Positions 28,626-42,934 of a DNA stretch of 64,000 bases are shown here, piece after piece. The notes below the pieces were generated by a model. That model searched no databases and was not told where the DNA came from. It worked only from the letters and a program-made list of their open reading frames with translations. Source of the stretch: the human T2T-CHM13v2.0 reference genome, Homo sapiens. The DNA lies in NCBI RefSeq assembly GCF_009914755.1, contig NC_060926.1. One strand, given 5' to 3'. How positions within the stretch are numbered: position 1 is the first letter of the stretch; each line of letters starts with the position of its first letter. The translations under genes and the position numbers were made by a program.

Positions 28626-30169
28626 AAAGAAATAGATGTGGGAGTTTTCAGCATAAAGTAAGACACTGACATGAATGAGACCACACGGGCACTAGAGCAG
28701 ACAGAGATGAGACACAGTGATGGAGTCCAAAGCAGAACCATGAAGGGCATGGGTCTAGAAGAAGAGGGTACAAAGACGACTAAGAATAAGATGTTGAGAG
28801 GGTACAAGAAGACCAGGAGAGTATAGTATTCTATTCTTGAAACAAAAGAAACAACAACATTGCCAAATATTTCTGTGTGATGAAATAAGATTTTTAAAGA
28901 GGACCCTGGGTATGTTGAAATGATTTACTTATTGATTTTTATTTAGATAAGGAATGTGTGATCATTATGTAACTAGAATATATATAAATGTATAAGGTGA
29001 AAAATATATATAATTTTGAATAATTTTGAATAATTTAAGAATCACCCTAAATCCCACCACCCAGCATAACTACTGTTAAAATTTTGATGCATATCTTTCC
29101 AGACTTTTTCTATATGCAAATATATTCTCTATATCCAGATATATGTCTATATATAACAAAATGAGTTCATACTATAAAAATATTGGATGCTGCATAAATT
29201 TGCTTGTCATTCTTCCCCGAGACCATGATAATCTTCTCCACATCTTTCTAATTTTAGTATATAAGCTGGGAAATCACATGATGTCCATTGAATTAAGTAA
29301 CTAGAAGATCATTTGTAATTTTGCAAGGCTAATTTCAGTGGAATGGTGAGGGCAGAAGCCAGATTGTTGTGGGATGGGGAATGAGTAGGTAGTGAGGAAG
29401 TGGAACAGGCATTATAGACTACCTTTTCAAGAAGCTAGGCTGTGAAGGAGAAGGGAAGTATAGAATGTCAAGTGAGGAGTAGGATGGTGAAGGATATATA
29501 TATTTTTTATTTTGTATTTTACTTTTTTAATTGGACAATACTTTCCACTGCCTGGAAAGAGCCAGAAAAGGGGTGAAATTGAGGATACAGAAGAGAGAGT
29601 ACAGTTGATGGAGTGAGGCCTCAGTCAGGAGGCAGGAAGGGATGGGATGCAGGAAAGAAGAACCAAGCCCCATCTTCTAATAAGGCAATTGGGAAGGAGT
29701 TAAGGGTAGAAACAGATAGTTTCATACATTTGTAGATGTGTCACCTGAGGTGATTCTGGTCACCTTAGAATGATTATGGCTGATGCCCACATGTATTGAG
29801 CTATTTGATGGTTTTTTGAACTTTCAGGAAACAAAGACCTTCCATATTGGATTAGATCCATTATCTGTTCACTTTTATCTTCAGAGTGGTATCGAGAGAT
29901 GCATGCTAGAAAGGTCTAGTCTTCTCTGACAAACTGAAAGGTCAAAAATGGCCCCTAAACACTCAGTTATCTTAAACAATACCTTAAGGATTTATTATCC
30001 ACATATTTCTGTGAAGTTTCTTAAAGTTGTGTATTTTCTTAGCCTGTTCTGCCCCACCAGACTTACCACCCGTGAAATAACATATTGAACACATTTCAGG
30101 AAGTTGAATTTTATCTTGGAAAAAAACAGATTTGGAACAAACTTTGGTTGAATTCCATTAACCTTGGAA

Positions 30170-30290
30170 AAGCAAGCTTTAGTTCTCTTATGGGTAAAAT
30201 TGGGATACCATCACTATTGACCTGACAGCAGTGTGAATGTAGCATAAGGTAACATAGGTCAAGTGCCTGAACAGTAACTGCTGAGACAGC
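30170..30290 (+). mobile_element. MIR fragment
   Basis: agttctcttatgggtaaaattgggatacc...aagtgcctgaacagta. Confidence 0.5.
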
Positions 30291-32244
30291 GTGCTCAGCA
30301 TGTGTTAGTGCCTTCCTCCATGACTGTCTGATACACATGTTGTTACTCTCAGTGATTGACCAAGGACTCCCATTCACTCCAGCATACCAGGACTTGATGA
30401 TAGCAACATGAAACTATTGCTAATTATAATAAACTTCGGCCAATGACCTGTAGTGTTCAGTGGAATCATTGTTGTTTTGAAATGTAAATATCATGAAATT
30501 AATGGAAAGGATTATACTATCTTGAGATGTACAAAATTAACAGGCCTCATTTGCATTTCCTAAAGCCATGTAGATTCATTTTTTTATATTTACAGAAGCA
30601 TATTACCTGAGGTATTTTTTGGCTCATAAATACAAAATTAAATCCCACAGATGACCAGAAGGAAAGCTAGGTCATTGTTTCTCTTTTTTACATATGATTT
30701 TCTGTATCAAAAGCTTAATAAGATGATTTACTAAGGAGTATATATGCTGAACACAACTCGTGCTGAAATGTCAGTCCTCACTGTGAAAGACTTCTAGGCA
30801 AATATAATTGCTGTAATGTGTTACGACCTTTCAAGACTCATAATTCAATTGAAAGGGGCAAGGCTAATTAAATGCAGGAGAATCATTTCCCACTTACTGT
30901 AGCTGCCACTGGATGCAAAGCAGTACCTGTTTACTTTAGATCCAGTGAATCAGCCAGTCTATGACACAGGAAACTGCATGAGGCAGGTCTATTAGGCTTA
31001 AATAATTTCCCTATGAGTTTCTGCTACTTAATTCCTTTTTAACTCACCAGCACATGTGTAGATTTAACTTCGACTTTTAAAATAAAATATAATAATTCAC
31101 TAGAGCTTGCTTGCTTTAAAAATACAAGTCCTTAGGTACTAATTAAGTATTTTTATAACCACTTAACTGTTGAAAATAGCTCTTAAATATCTGCATTTCT
31201 TTCTTTATATCATGATTACTTTGTCTCCTTGACTCTCCATCCTAGAGTTACTTGGATGCCTTTTCATAGCCTCGGTTAATTTGTTTCCTGCATTTTTTCT
31301 GGCAGCAATTCAAAAGATCATTGATTATTTTCCCATTACTCTGTTGCACAAACTACTTAATATGGCTCCATCAAGGCATTCAAAATTCGGAGCTGCCATT
31401 GGTTACCTGGGTACTGCCTGATCTAAATGCCAAGTTGAAATGAAATGATTTAATGGTCCCAGAGATGCCCATCTCCAGCAGAGCTCACTCTGTGAGGGCT
31501 GCCCTCTTGGTGAATGGTTCCTGCTTTTACAATCTGATGAGTCAGAACAAAGCTCATCTCTCTAATCAATATTAAGCATGTCTAATTCACTTTAATGTTT
31601 ACCACATCACCTAACTGGAGCTTGCACACAATGGGTAGTTAGTATATAGGCATTGAATGAATGATGGATGGATAACTGAATGAAGGAAGAGACAGAAAAC
31701 TTTTATTTAACAATGCATTATGGGATTGCACTTTTTGGCTAGAATATCAAAGGCTTTCAAGGAAATAATTGAGAAGCATTAGATTCTTGCATTAACAGTA
31801 AAATTTATTTATATAAATTATTTGAAAACACTGTAATTAAATTTGAGTTTCTAATGCATTCTGGACATAAGTCCTCATTAAAAGTTTTTTTTTCGTTTAA
31901 AATTGGTTGTCTAACTTTTAAGTAAAGATATCTTAATATGAAAATTACTTTAAAAATTAACTTTTATGACTTGGTTATAATTTGAGGGTTTTCAATGCCT
32001 TGTTGAATGGGATTCAAATTATATTGTGGTAACTATTGTAGGAAATTTGGGTTGGGTTCAAAAGGATTAGTTTTAGTATAACTCAAATGACTCTAGTAAC
32101 AAAATAAAAGCTACATTTTAAAGAGAGAATATCGAAGGCATTCTGAAGAACACTTATTTTTCCAGGTCTGTAGCAGCTAAAGTGGTGCATTCAGTAAAAA
32201 ATCTCCTTCCTGCATCAGAACATTTGTATTTTATTTTAACTATA

Positions 32245-32246
<2 letters not shown>

Positions 32247-32278
<32 letters not shown>

Positions 32279-32292
32279 GAGAGAGAGAGAGA
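32247..32292. repeat. Compound (TG)15/(GA)n microsatellite
   Basis: Seen directly. Confidence 0.97.
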
Positions 32293-33054
32293 AACTTGAA
32301 CGTGGCAAAGAATCAAGCCCATGAGTACTCATAGCATTTTGAGTAACGCCCAACACTGCTAATCATTGTGAAAGTGAAGATCTCTGTTCCTGAATGCATT
32401 AGAAGGCACAAAACTTAGGTAAATCAAATAGATAACAACACAGGCAACTTGTATTCAAATCATGTATTTGAATTAGAATTGACTTAAAGTCGTTCTAAAT
32501 ACCAGTGGAATTCAGAGAAAAGAAAAGTCACTAGGGCTTGTGTAAACAGGGAGACTTCCTAAAGAGGTTGGGACCTGAGAGGGTCTTGAAGACAAAATGG
32601 AATTTGAGTCAGTGAGAAGGAAGACTTCCTAGGAGGCATTGTGGGCTAACCTGCACAGCTTGAACTATACTTTGCACAAAGTTACTCATGTGGAAATCAG
32701 AACTGAATCAAATATCACTAGTCTTAAAGTTACTTTTTCCTGAACAAAAATGGGGTACAATTTAACACATGTTAAATAAGCTAGTATCCTGTTCTAATAT
32801 GTACTATACATTTTTCTGAAATACATAAATAAAAGTAAACCTGAAGTATAAATTACGTTCTCTAAATAATACCAAGATGTCATGTGTTTTCAGGGTCTGG
32901 GGAAGTACTGAACAAAGAATATGTCTAAGAATATGTCTAAAAATATTTCTGAAAGATATTTTAAAAGCTATTATTCTCTAGGAAATAGACCCACAATTGA
33001 AAAGATAAAGAATTGATACTTGAAAAGTACAAATAAATATTTGGATATTTCATA

Positions 33055-33700
33055 TGTTCACATTTAATCAACAACATTTAGGAAGGGCCTAACTCTCTAC
33101 TATATGCTGCAGATGACAGAAAATAAATGAAAAACTGAATTTATGTCTTAATGAGTTTATAACCTGGTGGGTTATGTCAAACTAATGTCAATTTCTTAAT
33201 GAGCCAGTTAAGAAAAATGTTAAGATCTTCTGTTACTGACTGTAAATACAGTCTTGATTCAGGGATTATGAAGGTGCAGGTTAAGGATGTCAGTATTTGG
33301 ATATTGGAGGATGAGAAGGAATGTGTCCCAGGTAGAAACTTTAGGAAGAGGCATGAACCATGTGTTGTAATGTTATACCCTGATCGGAGTAGAAGACTTT
33401 TGTTAAAGAAATAAGATCCAATAGAGCAGGGTCAGAAAGTGGAATATCTGCCTGGTTACAAAGAGAAGTTGGGGCTTGTTGGAAAAGAGAATTAAGCAGT
33501 TGTTTTGGTTTTCTAGAAAAGCAATGTTTAGGATAATTAGTTTGGGCTAAATTTTACAGTGAGACTAAAGGAAGGCAGTTTGGTGGCTAGTTTGCTATAA
33601 TCTAAATATGAAATGTTGAGATTCTGGTGAAGAATTGAGATATATAGTTATTGCACAAGAAATTCTAATTTATAGGCAGAAGAACAAAGAATAAATTAAT
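33055..33700 (-). mobile_element. L2 fragments
   Basis: ttcacatttaatcaacaacattta...gagtttataacctggtggg is an antisense L2 3' end. Confidence 0.45.
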
Positions 33701-35225
33701 TGCCAAAGAAGCTATGTTCCTATTAAATAATTTAAAGTTACTTTTGGACTGTAAAGATAATTCCTCAAGATATGTTACCTGGCATACTAACAGTTCTGAT
33801 TTTCAGTTGTTGGAATCTACTGTCCAAATCTGAATTGCGGTGTTGCTGAAGGATAATAAGCAAGTTGAACAATGTTAACCTTTGGTCAAGAAATTTCATT
33901 TAGACAATTTGGGTCCCTGGTGGGACACTGGACACCTCACATGGCATATAGAGTAAGCACTACTTACCTGAATATCACATAGGTTGATACTCAAGTGGAA
34001 AACAACCCATAATTTAGGAGTAGACTGAGTCTGTATATGTTTCCAAAATGAATTAAAATGATAAGACTGTGAATGCAGTGAAAAGCAAGGAAATGAATTT
34101 GACAGATACTAAATTTTATTTTCAATTTCAAATTACTGGCTTTCTATTAGCATACTCCAGGAGTGGTGAATTTCTATAAAATTGGCACGGAGTATTAAAT
34201 TTTATGAGTGTGCTATTGTAAGTATAAAAACCCATTTCAGTGAGATATGGACATGGTTATTTCTTTTTACTCAGCAAACTCTAGGCCATGTATTATTAGT
34301 CTTAACTTATCACCTTGAAAGACTTGAGGCTTTGGAGCTTTCTTTGTATATATATTTGTGGTAACATTTTGTTTATTTGGGTAGAAGAAAAAGGAGATTC
34401 TGAAAAGGGTATACTAGTTTGATAAGTTTATTAAAGCATTCTTTAATATGCATTTATGCTTTGACATTGAGTATTATTACAGTAATATTTTCAAATTATT
34501 ACAATGATATTTTTGTTCAGCAGCACTTCTTTGAGTGTTTTGTTAAAAGGTGTGGCTTTACCAAAAATAGAAGTCTTGCAAATATTGTAATATTTGAGGA
34601 AAGTACTTAACTACACTTTAGCAATAGCGGAGATACCCGCACCCCACCCTGCCTTCACTGCAAATAGCAAAAACTACTTAGACATTGCATATCACTGCAA
34701 TTTTGAATAAAAGGGGTGACAGATCCTGTAATTACAGCAGCAGCTTACATCTTGGATCCCCTCTCAGTTCACTGAGCCAGGGCTTTGAATGGTTATTGTG
34801 TAAAGAATAGTGATGGGTGATACACTACCTCGTTATAGTCAAAGTTAGGGGAAATGGGCTTAGATTGAGCAGAGTTAATGGAGGAAGATAAGAAGCAGGG
34901 CTTTCCCATAGTTTGGGCACCAGACCAGGCAATTTTCATACACATGGTAGCACCAGGAAGAGTGACAAATGCCATCTTCCTCCCACCTCCATTTGGACAT
35001 GGTGTTGTCATGGCAGAGTGTATTCTGGTGGGAGCCAGGATGCCTTTTACTCTCTAGGGCTATGTAGATAATAATACAAAAGATTTCTCCTGTTTTTTTT
35101 TTTTCCCTCAACTTCTGCTCCTATCTGTGATACATACACACAGATACTCTCTTCAGCGCCAGAAAATAGCCCCTCTTACAATAGGGTATCCACATCCTAG
35201 AGGTACTTTAAAAAAAAAATTAACA

Positions 35226-35513
35226 GGCCGGGCACGGTGGCTATGCCTGTAATCCCAGCACTTGGGGAGGCCAAGGCAGGCAGATCACAAGGTCAAGAGA
35301 TTGAGACCATCCTGGCCAACACAGTGAAACCCTGCCTCTACTAAAAATACAAAAATTAGCTGGGCATGGTGGCACACGCCTGTAGTCCAAGCTACTCGGG
35401 AGGCTGAGGCAGGAGAATCGCTTGAACTGGGGAGGCGGGGGTTGCAGTGAGCCTAGATCGTGCCGCTTCACTCCAGCCTGGCAACAGAGCAAGGCTCCGT
35501 CTCAAAAAAAAAA
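35226..35513 (+). mobile_element. AluSc
   Basis: Diagnostics ggtcaagagattgagaccatcctggccaac and cagcctggcaacag. TSD (a)nttaacag. Confidence 0.93.
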
Positions 35514-35683
35514 TTAACAGAAAATTAGAACCACTATCATAGTTCAGATAACATATTTGGAAGACTTAGTTTTATGGTCCCCAAATAAAGAGGTATTGTT
35601 CTTACTGGTCATCTGGTCTGAGCAGAGATATCCCATATAACTACTCCCCCACTGGCATGTGTGGTGATGGTTCCTGATTACAA

Positions 35684-35870
35684 CAGTGGTTCTTAAAGTG
35701 TCGTTCCTGAACCAGCAGCAGCAGCAGCCTCTGGAAATTTGTCACAAATGAAAATTATCCAACCCACCCTAGACCTAATCAATCAGAAACTCTTGGGGTG
35801 GGTCCCGGAATTTGTGTGTTAGCATGGCCTCTAGGTGATTGTCATGGACACACAAATCTGAGAACTATTT
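35684..35870. mobile_element. MER5A
   Basis: cagtggttcttaaagtg...aatcagaaactcttggggtggg...ctaggtgatt...tgagaact. Confidence 0.85.
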
Positions 35871-36845
<975 letters not shown>

Positions 36846-37285
36846 TTGCATTACATCTCACAGGTTCCTTCTCTTGACTTTGCCAGGCCCCTGTGTTGCT
36901 CACTAGCTGGCCCAGCTTTACAGCCAGCATCCTACTCTCACCATATAAGACCAATGGCAACTTGGGGAAACTGACCTCAAGACCTGCTCTGTCTCACCAG
37001 GAAAGCAGCCACATTGCACATGAGCCCCACGCATGCATTAGAACACCTGCTGTTGGTGTCTCCCTCATCTAGTCTAACATTCCTTTATATCTCTCTCTTG
37101 CCTGTTCCTCTCTCATTCTCCAGAAATGGCTGGCTCCTCTTTTTTTCATTTGTGTCCTTACCTCTATTGCCTCCCATGATTCAGAAGCTCCAGGGTGTAA
37201 CTAAGCCTTGGGATTCTTCTCTAAAAGCCGTACGCCAGAGTGGTTTTGAGCATAAACTTTGAAGTCAAGACAATTTAGGTTCAAG

Positions 37286-37600
37286 TTTTGTTTTTTGTTT
37301 TTTGTTTTTTTTTTGAGATGAGGTTTTACTCTAACATCCAGACTGGAGTGCAATGGCATGATCTCGGCTCACTGCAGCCTCTGCCTCCTGGGCTCAGGCC
37401 ATCTTCCCACCTCAGCCTCCGGAGTAGGTAGGACTACAGGTGCGTGCCACCATGCCTGGCTAATTTTTGTATTTTTTGTTGTAGAGATGGGGTTTCATCA
37501 TTTTTGCCCAGACTAGTCTCAAACTTCTGGACTCAAGCAATCTTCCCATCTCAGCCTCCCAAAGTACTGGGATTATAGACGAGAGCAATCGCACCCAGCT
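37286..37600 (-). mobile_element. AluJ (Jb-like) inserted in a MIR (about 37235-37690)
   Basis: J-type tcttcccacctcagcctcc and ggactcaagcaatc. Flanking direct repeat aggttcaa(g/c)ttt. Confidence 0.9.
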
Positions 37601-38034
37601 GAGGTTCAACTTTGATGACCATGAGCAACTTTCTCTACTGTTTTATACTGCAGTTCCCTCATTTATAAACGGGAGGTAATAGTAAAAGGTCATTAAGCCA
37701 GTATTATTTTATTCATGGAAAAAGCAATTTAATGTACAGGAGACTCAGTACTAATAATACCTGCCAACTACCCTAAATAGGGGAGAAATTTAAAGAAAAT
37801 AAATGCAAAAAAGGCAGAGAAAAAAGCAATTCAGGGTTTTCAGACTTGATTCTTGAAATGCTGAAGAAATTTAGAAAATTCACCTTATCTCATCTCTCTC
37901 CCTTTCTCAATAGATCTGTTTTTGAGGCATCTTGTCTTGTGAGATTTCCAGTGGCATCCCTACCCCAATTGGTGTCTTGAAGTTTAGGATGATACTCATG
38001 TAGACAACATTGCAAAGAAGAAAAACCATCACTT

Positions 38035-38190
38035 TTGCATGTGCAATTATTCTACCGATTTTCAGAACAAATCTTTTAATAATATAATGTTATCACCATC
38101 CTTGTTTTACAAACAATGAAACCGAAGCTTAGGTAATATAACTGACTCAACATCATACGTGCAGAGGTAGGTGAATTATCTCCACAGCTC
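38035..38190 (-). mobile_element. MIR fragment
   Basis: atccttgttttacaaacaatgaaaccgaagcttagg core. Confidence 0.55.
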
Positions 38191-38830
38191 TATGATAATG
38201 ACAGGCATTATCAGTCATTAGCTTCTTCTGAATTTGTATCAACTAAAGCTAGCCTGTCATATAATAAAGCTTCGTGGAGTTTGATGGCAGTAGTGCCCAG
38301 TATTGGTGAAGAAAAAAATTCATGAGGAGAATCTGAAGCTGGAGTTCCATGGAGAGAAAACAGGTTTGGGTGGTCCCCTTGGCAACTGGAAAGCATCCTG
38401 GGCTATTGTGCTGCTATAGAACAGTAGAAAGAATGGAGATAATTTAGAAAGGTGAGGCAGAGAATTCCAAAGACATTTTCCAGGAAGGTTTGAAAAGGAG
38501 AATTTCTGCAGTGAACGATGCATTGTATTAACATATCTGGCATTTGAAGGCATTCCTTGGGGTATGGGAACTCGAGTCAGTTTCTCCTTATCAGGACGCT
38601 GTCCAAGGAAACAAGCCCCTTAACCCTTGGCTGCTTCACAGAGGAGCCCATTTTACTCTGACTTTTCTTTTCTGTCAGGTTTTGTATTTTCTATCATGAG
38701 TGACAAATAGCTGATAGCATCCTGGCCTGTGCCTCTTTCTTACCACCACAGAAAGAATATGAAATTATCTGAAGTATTACCAGGTGGGCTGTATTATTAC
38801 CTTACATGGAAACACAATTTAAAACTTTTC

Positions 38831-39141
38831 TTTCTGTCTTTTTTTTTTTTTTTTTTTTTTGAGAAAGGATCTCATTCTGTTGCTCAGGCTGGAGTGCAGT
38901 GGCACAATCATGACTCACTGAAGCCTCGACATCCCTGGGCTCAAGTGATCCTCCCACCTCAGCCTCCTCAGTAGCTGGGACTACAATATTGTGCCACCAT
39001 GCTCACCTAATTTTTGTATTTTTTGTAGATATTGGTCTCACTATGTTGTCCAGGCTGGTCTCAAACTTCTGGGCTCAAGCAGTCCACTCACTGTGGCCTC
39101 CCAAAGTGCTGAGATTACAGGCATGAGCCACTGTGCCCAGC
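38831..39141 (-). mobile_element. AluJ
   Basis: J-type diagnostics. TSD taaaacttttc at 38820-38830 and 39142-39152. Confidence 0.92.
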
Positions 39142-39639
39142 TAAAACTTTTCACGAAGAAACTCTCCTCAGAAATTCAAATTCTAGGAGCTTTCTCATAG
39201 GCTTGTAACATTGTGCTGTATGGAAGAAGACAAACTTGTTGTCTTTTGTTATTTACAATCTTGTTTTTCACTCTTTGACTGTATCCAGTCTGTATTCTAA
39301 GTCTCTCTACCAAAGGTAAGTAAAATATAAATTTTTACTTTGAATTCAAATCAGTGAGAAGAAATTTATTTGCTTTATGTAAATTTTCTTTTGTGGGCAA
39401 ACAGACGGTATTAATTGCACAGATGGGATTGAGACTATATATCATTTTATCCTCAGAAAGATGAAGGGCTCGTGAGACTGCACACTTGATCTGTTCTCTT
39501 GTTTTCTCGTTTGTGTCAATTTGGTTGTTCCACATAGAGGAGTGTAAATCTGGATCTCTATTTTAATGAGTGTTTACCTGTTACTTCAGAGATAAAGAAT
39601 TGCCAAAAAAGGAAATTTAAATTTGGGAAAATAATGACA

Positions 39640-40020
39640 ACATAACAATAATAACAAATATTTCCAGGAATGTTAGCATGCTTTCTATCCATTAAGTTAT
39701 TTAATCCTCACAATAAGCCTATAAAATCCTTATTATCCTGATTTTTCATTTGAGGAAACTGGGACTCAGAAAGGGCAGGCAATTGGACAGTATCACAGAG
39801 CTAATAAATTGCAAGGCTTCAAGTTTTTTTTTTCAGTATACGTTCCTTATTTGTTTATTTTCAGTCTTTCCCTCCAGAGTGTGATCTCTGCCGAGACAGC
39901 AGATATTTTTGCTGGTTTTGTCCACTGATGTAGCCCTGCTACCTAGAACAATGCCTGGCCCAGAGTATATGATAAATACTTGAATGGCAGGGCTTCAATT
40001 TAAACAAAAGTCTATTTGAT
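39640..40020. mobile_element. MIR (minus) and L2 3' end (plus, about 39830-39985)
   Basis: tttaatcctcacaataagcctat...tgaggaaactgggactcaga; gctacctagaacaatgcctggcccagagta. Confidence 0.6.
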
Positions 40021-40025
40021 ACCAT

Positions 40026-40434
40026 TGTGTTAGCTATTGCTGATTAATAGTTAATGGCAAAATCTCAGTGGCATGCAACATACAACAGCAGGCATTTACT
40101 TCTTGATCATGTGTTGATGGTTTGGTTGGGAGTTGGCTGACTAGGCTTAACTTAGCTGTGCTTGGCTCCAGCTCCAGCTCGGATTCAGGTGTGCTCCATG
40201 TGTCCTTCTTTCGTTTTGGACCAGTAGGTTATATGTGACTCTTATGGCAGAAGGCAGTAGCACAGAGGAGAAGCCCAATTAAGTAAGCACATTCCAAATG
40301 TCTACTCACGTCATATTTCTTAACATTCCTCTAGCCAAAGCTCAATAGCAATGGAATAGGAAAATATTCTCTTCTCATGGAGGTGAGGATGGGAAGGAAA
40401 TGACTATTTACTGAAAAATCCTCCAATCTACCTC
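40026..40434 (-). mobile_element. MaLR solo LTR (MLT1H-like)
   Basis: tgtgttagctattgctg...aaaatctcagtggc...aatctacctca. Confidence 0.7.
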
Positions 40435-41607
40435 AAATGCCTGTGCATTTTCTCTGTCCTTCCTAATTCATAAATATTGAATGTACAGGCGGGATGACAT
40501 TCTCAGTTAGGAGTCACCTTATTGTGTGTGCTTGTCAGAGGGGCCACATACCAAATCATCAATTCATATTTTCTGACTACCATTGCCTCCCTTTTTGCTC
40601 TAGAGGATGTTTGACTCATTTTGCCTTCTCTGCCCTAATTTGTTCATACTAGAACTCTGGAGGCAAAGATCATTAATGAGTGATTCTAGAAGACTATGGT
40701 TATGATTACTATCCTGGAACAGAATCTTTTTTTTCTGTTTTCATGCAATTCCAATTGGCCAAGGGATTTTTTAAGGAAAATGTTCCTACTACAAGGTCTA
40801 ATACAGACAGCAGAAAGCAATCCAATGTTTTACAAGTAGCAGGACATGCAGGATGGGAATACTTTTTCTAGAAACAGCAAACTGTAAAGATGATACCAGC
40901 TGAGGTATCACAGGCAGGGGAGCTTCTTACCTTCTTCTACCTTGTGCTCAATGGCTGATATGAAGCTAAAATGCCCCTTAGAGGCAACTCAAAGGGAATC
41001 TTACATATCAACATCATGGGTTTAGAGGTGGGGATTTTGCGGTCCCCACCACCACTCCTTTTGTTCATTGCTAATGTGGTTAGTAAACTAAATGGTGAAA
41101 AGATTATGGGGTAGAGACAGAATTCCTGGTTTTAGTCTCAACTGTATCAGAAACAGCATGGCTGGAAAACAGCATTTCACATTTCTATGACTTATTTTTC
41201 CACTTCAACAAATTAGTACCGTGTAACCTTTTCTTTGCTACTGAATTTTACCTTTGTCACAAGAAATGACTAAAAAGATTGATCCTCAAAGGAATAAATT
41301 AATTTGAGTGATTTGTCTGGGAACTATTGTTCTTTTATTTTTAGAGTTAGAAGGGCTCTGTGACCTTCAGGACTGAAGGCCCTAACTAACACTTGCTTCT
41401 TGGCTCATAGTTGGCTTGAGATCTTTGTTTAAGGAGTATCTTTCACTTCTGCTTGATGCATGCTAGATTCATGTCTCTGTTGTGACTTCCCCAGCATTTT
41501 TGTGTCATGTTTTAAAAGTTACATAATGGAACAGCTATAATTTTATGTGCCTTCCTTGATCTATCAGCGTATGTCTACAAGCATGCCCATGTTATAATGG
41601 AAATTCT

Positions 41608-41673
41608 CTATGCAGTCTTACCCAGTACCTGTCACTATCATGTTACAATGACCATGACTGAGTATCCAGCTTT
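41608..41673 (-). ncRNA. MIR4264: Annotated microRNA hairpin mir-4264 (mature ACUCAGUCAUGGUCAUU at 41647-41663)
   Basis: Reverse complement AAAGCUGGAUACUCAGUCAUGGUCAUUGUAACAUGAUAGUGACAGGUACUGGGUAAGACUGCAUAG matches the recalled mir-4264 precursor in CTNNA2 intron 1. Two 8-bp stems are visible. Confidence 0.85.
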
Positions 41674-42487
41674 CCTACAGAACTTCCGTGTTCATCATCA
41701 TTATTATGCCACTTGTGATTCCATTAGAGTTTGAAAAAGGTTCTCAGGGAACTTCTCCAGAAACTTGCAACAGCTGTATCATAAGTACTGGACTAAGATC
41801 ACTTAGGTAGGTCTGGCTTCAGTAGGGATGAAGGTATCCCAGTGTCTGCAGGAAGCATCTGGCATCTTTATCCTTCTATGGCATGAGAAGGTGTGTTGCC
41901 CAGCGGCAGAATTCTGTATATGACAGAGCTGCTCTATGGCAGTTGGTAGTGTGAATGGAAAATGTGTAAAGTGTTTTTAGGTTTTTGGAGGACAGGCAGC
42001 ATGTCGGTGCCAACTATTGTTGTGATGAAGAAACCCAAATCTAAATCGGTCTGTATGGTTGGATTGCTATGCTTAGTTTATTTAAAACATGGCATTTGGA
42101 GAGAGTTAAAATACCAGCACACTGTGTCTTTGCCTCTACTTTTTTTCTGAAGCAAATTGGTTGGGTCTATTTGCAAAAGCTTTAGCTGTAAGAGAGCCAG
42201 TAAAGAGGCACATTTCTACTAGTGCCTATTGTGATAGGCCTTCTTTGTCGTGTTAATTCTAGTAGAAATAATCATCTACATTGATTTATAAGGTTGGAAT
42301 TGAATGGGGACATTGATTCAAAATAAAAGAACAGCCATGGACATTTTGATTTATGTTGGTATTAAGGCAAATCATTCAGATTCGGTTTGTACAATCTAAG
42401 GTTGCTTGTCCAGTGGTTAGATGTCAGAATGTATTTAGCAATTTCTTGATGAAAGAAACAAACCCCTGATAGAATGTATACTTTTTC

Positions 42488-42505
42488 GGGGGGGGGGGGG
42501 AGGGG
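42488..42505 (+). repeat. Poly-G tract G13-A-G4
   Basis: Seen directly. Confidence 0.95.
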
Positions 42506-42934
42506 CTAGAACTGTAATTTTTTGCTTGTTGTGTGGAGACTGCTACCTGCATGTCAGTGGTTCTTAGGTAAGAGAGGATTGCTTTAGAGTGAAATAAATA
42601 ACCTTATCAGTCACTGATTTTATGGGACAAGAATGTAAATGTAGTGAGTAATCAGAGAGCATGTAAATAGTAGCAGATAATTTTTCAGAACATTGGCACT
42701 TAGTTTGAAGATGTCTTTCATATTTAAGAGACTGAAACTCTTGTCCCAAGGAGTATGATATTCTCAGGGGTCAGTTATGATGTGAAGAAAAAAGTAGCCT
42801 TTTGTTATAAAGGGGTTCCTACATCTAGTAATCATTGGTGGATTTACTTTGCTTCCTGCTATTCTTTGTTGTTCTCTCCAGACTGACATTGATGCCCCTT
42901 CCTCACCTCTCCCATAGTCCTCTCTGTGTTTCTT

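Noticed and set aside
32916-32950. Short tandem repeats (aagaatatgtct x2-3; also near 29010 and 47113)
   Set aside because: Ordinary slippage products with no functional indication.
42561-42573. AG|GT recursive-splice-like motifs here (ttcttag|gtaaga) and at 16061 (ttttag|gtgaga)
   Set aside because: Pyrimidine tracts are too short, and such motifs are expected by chance in 64 kb.
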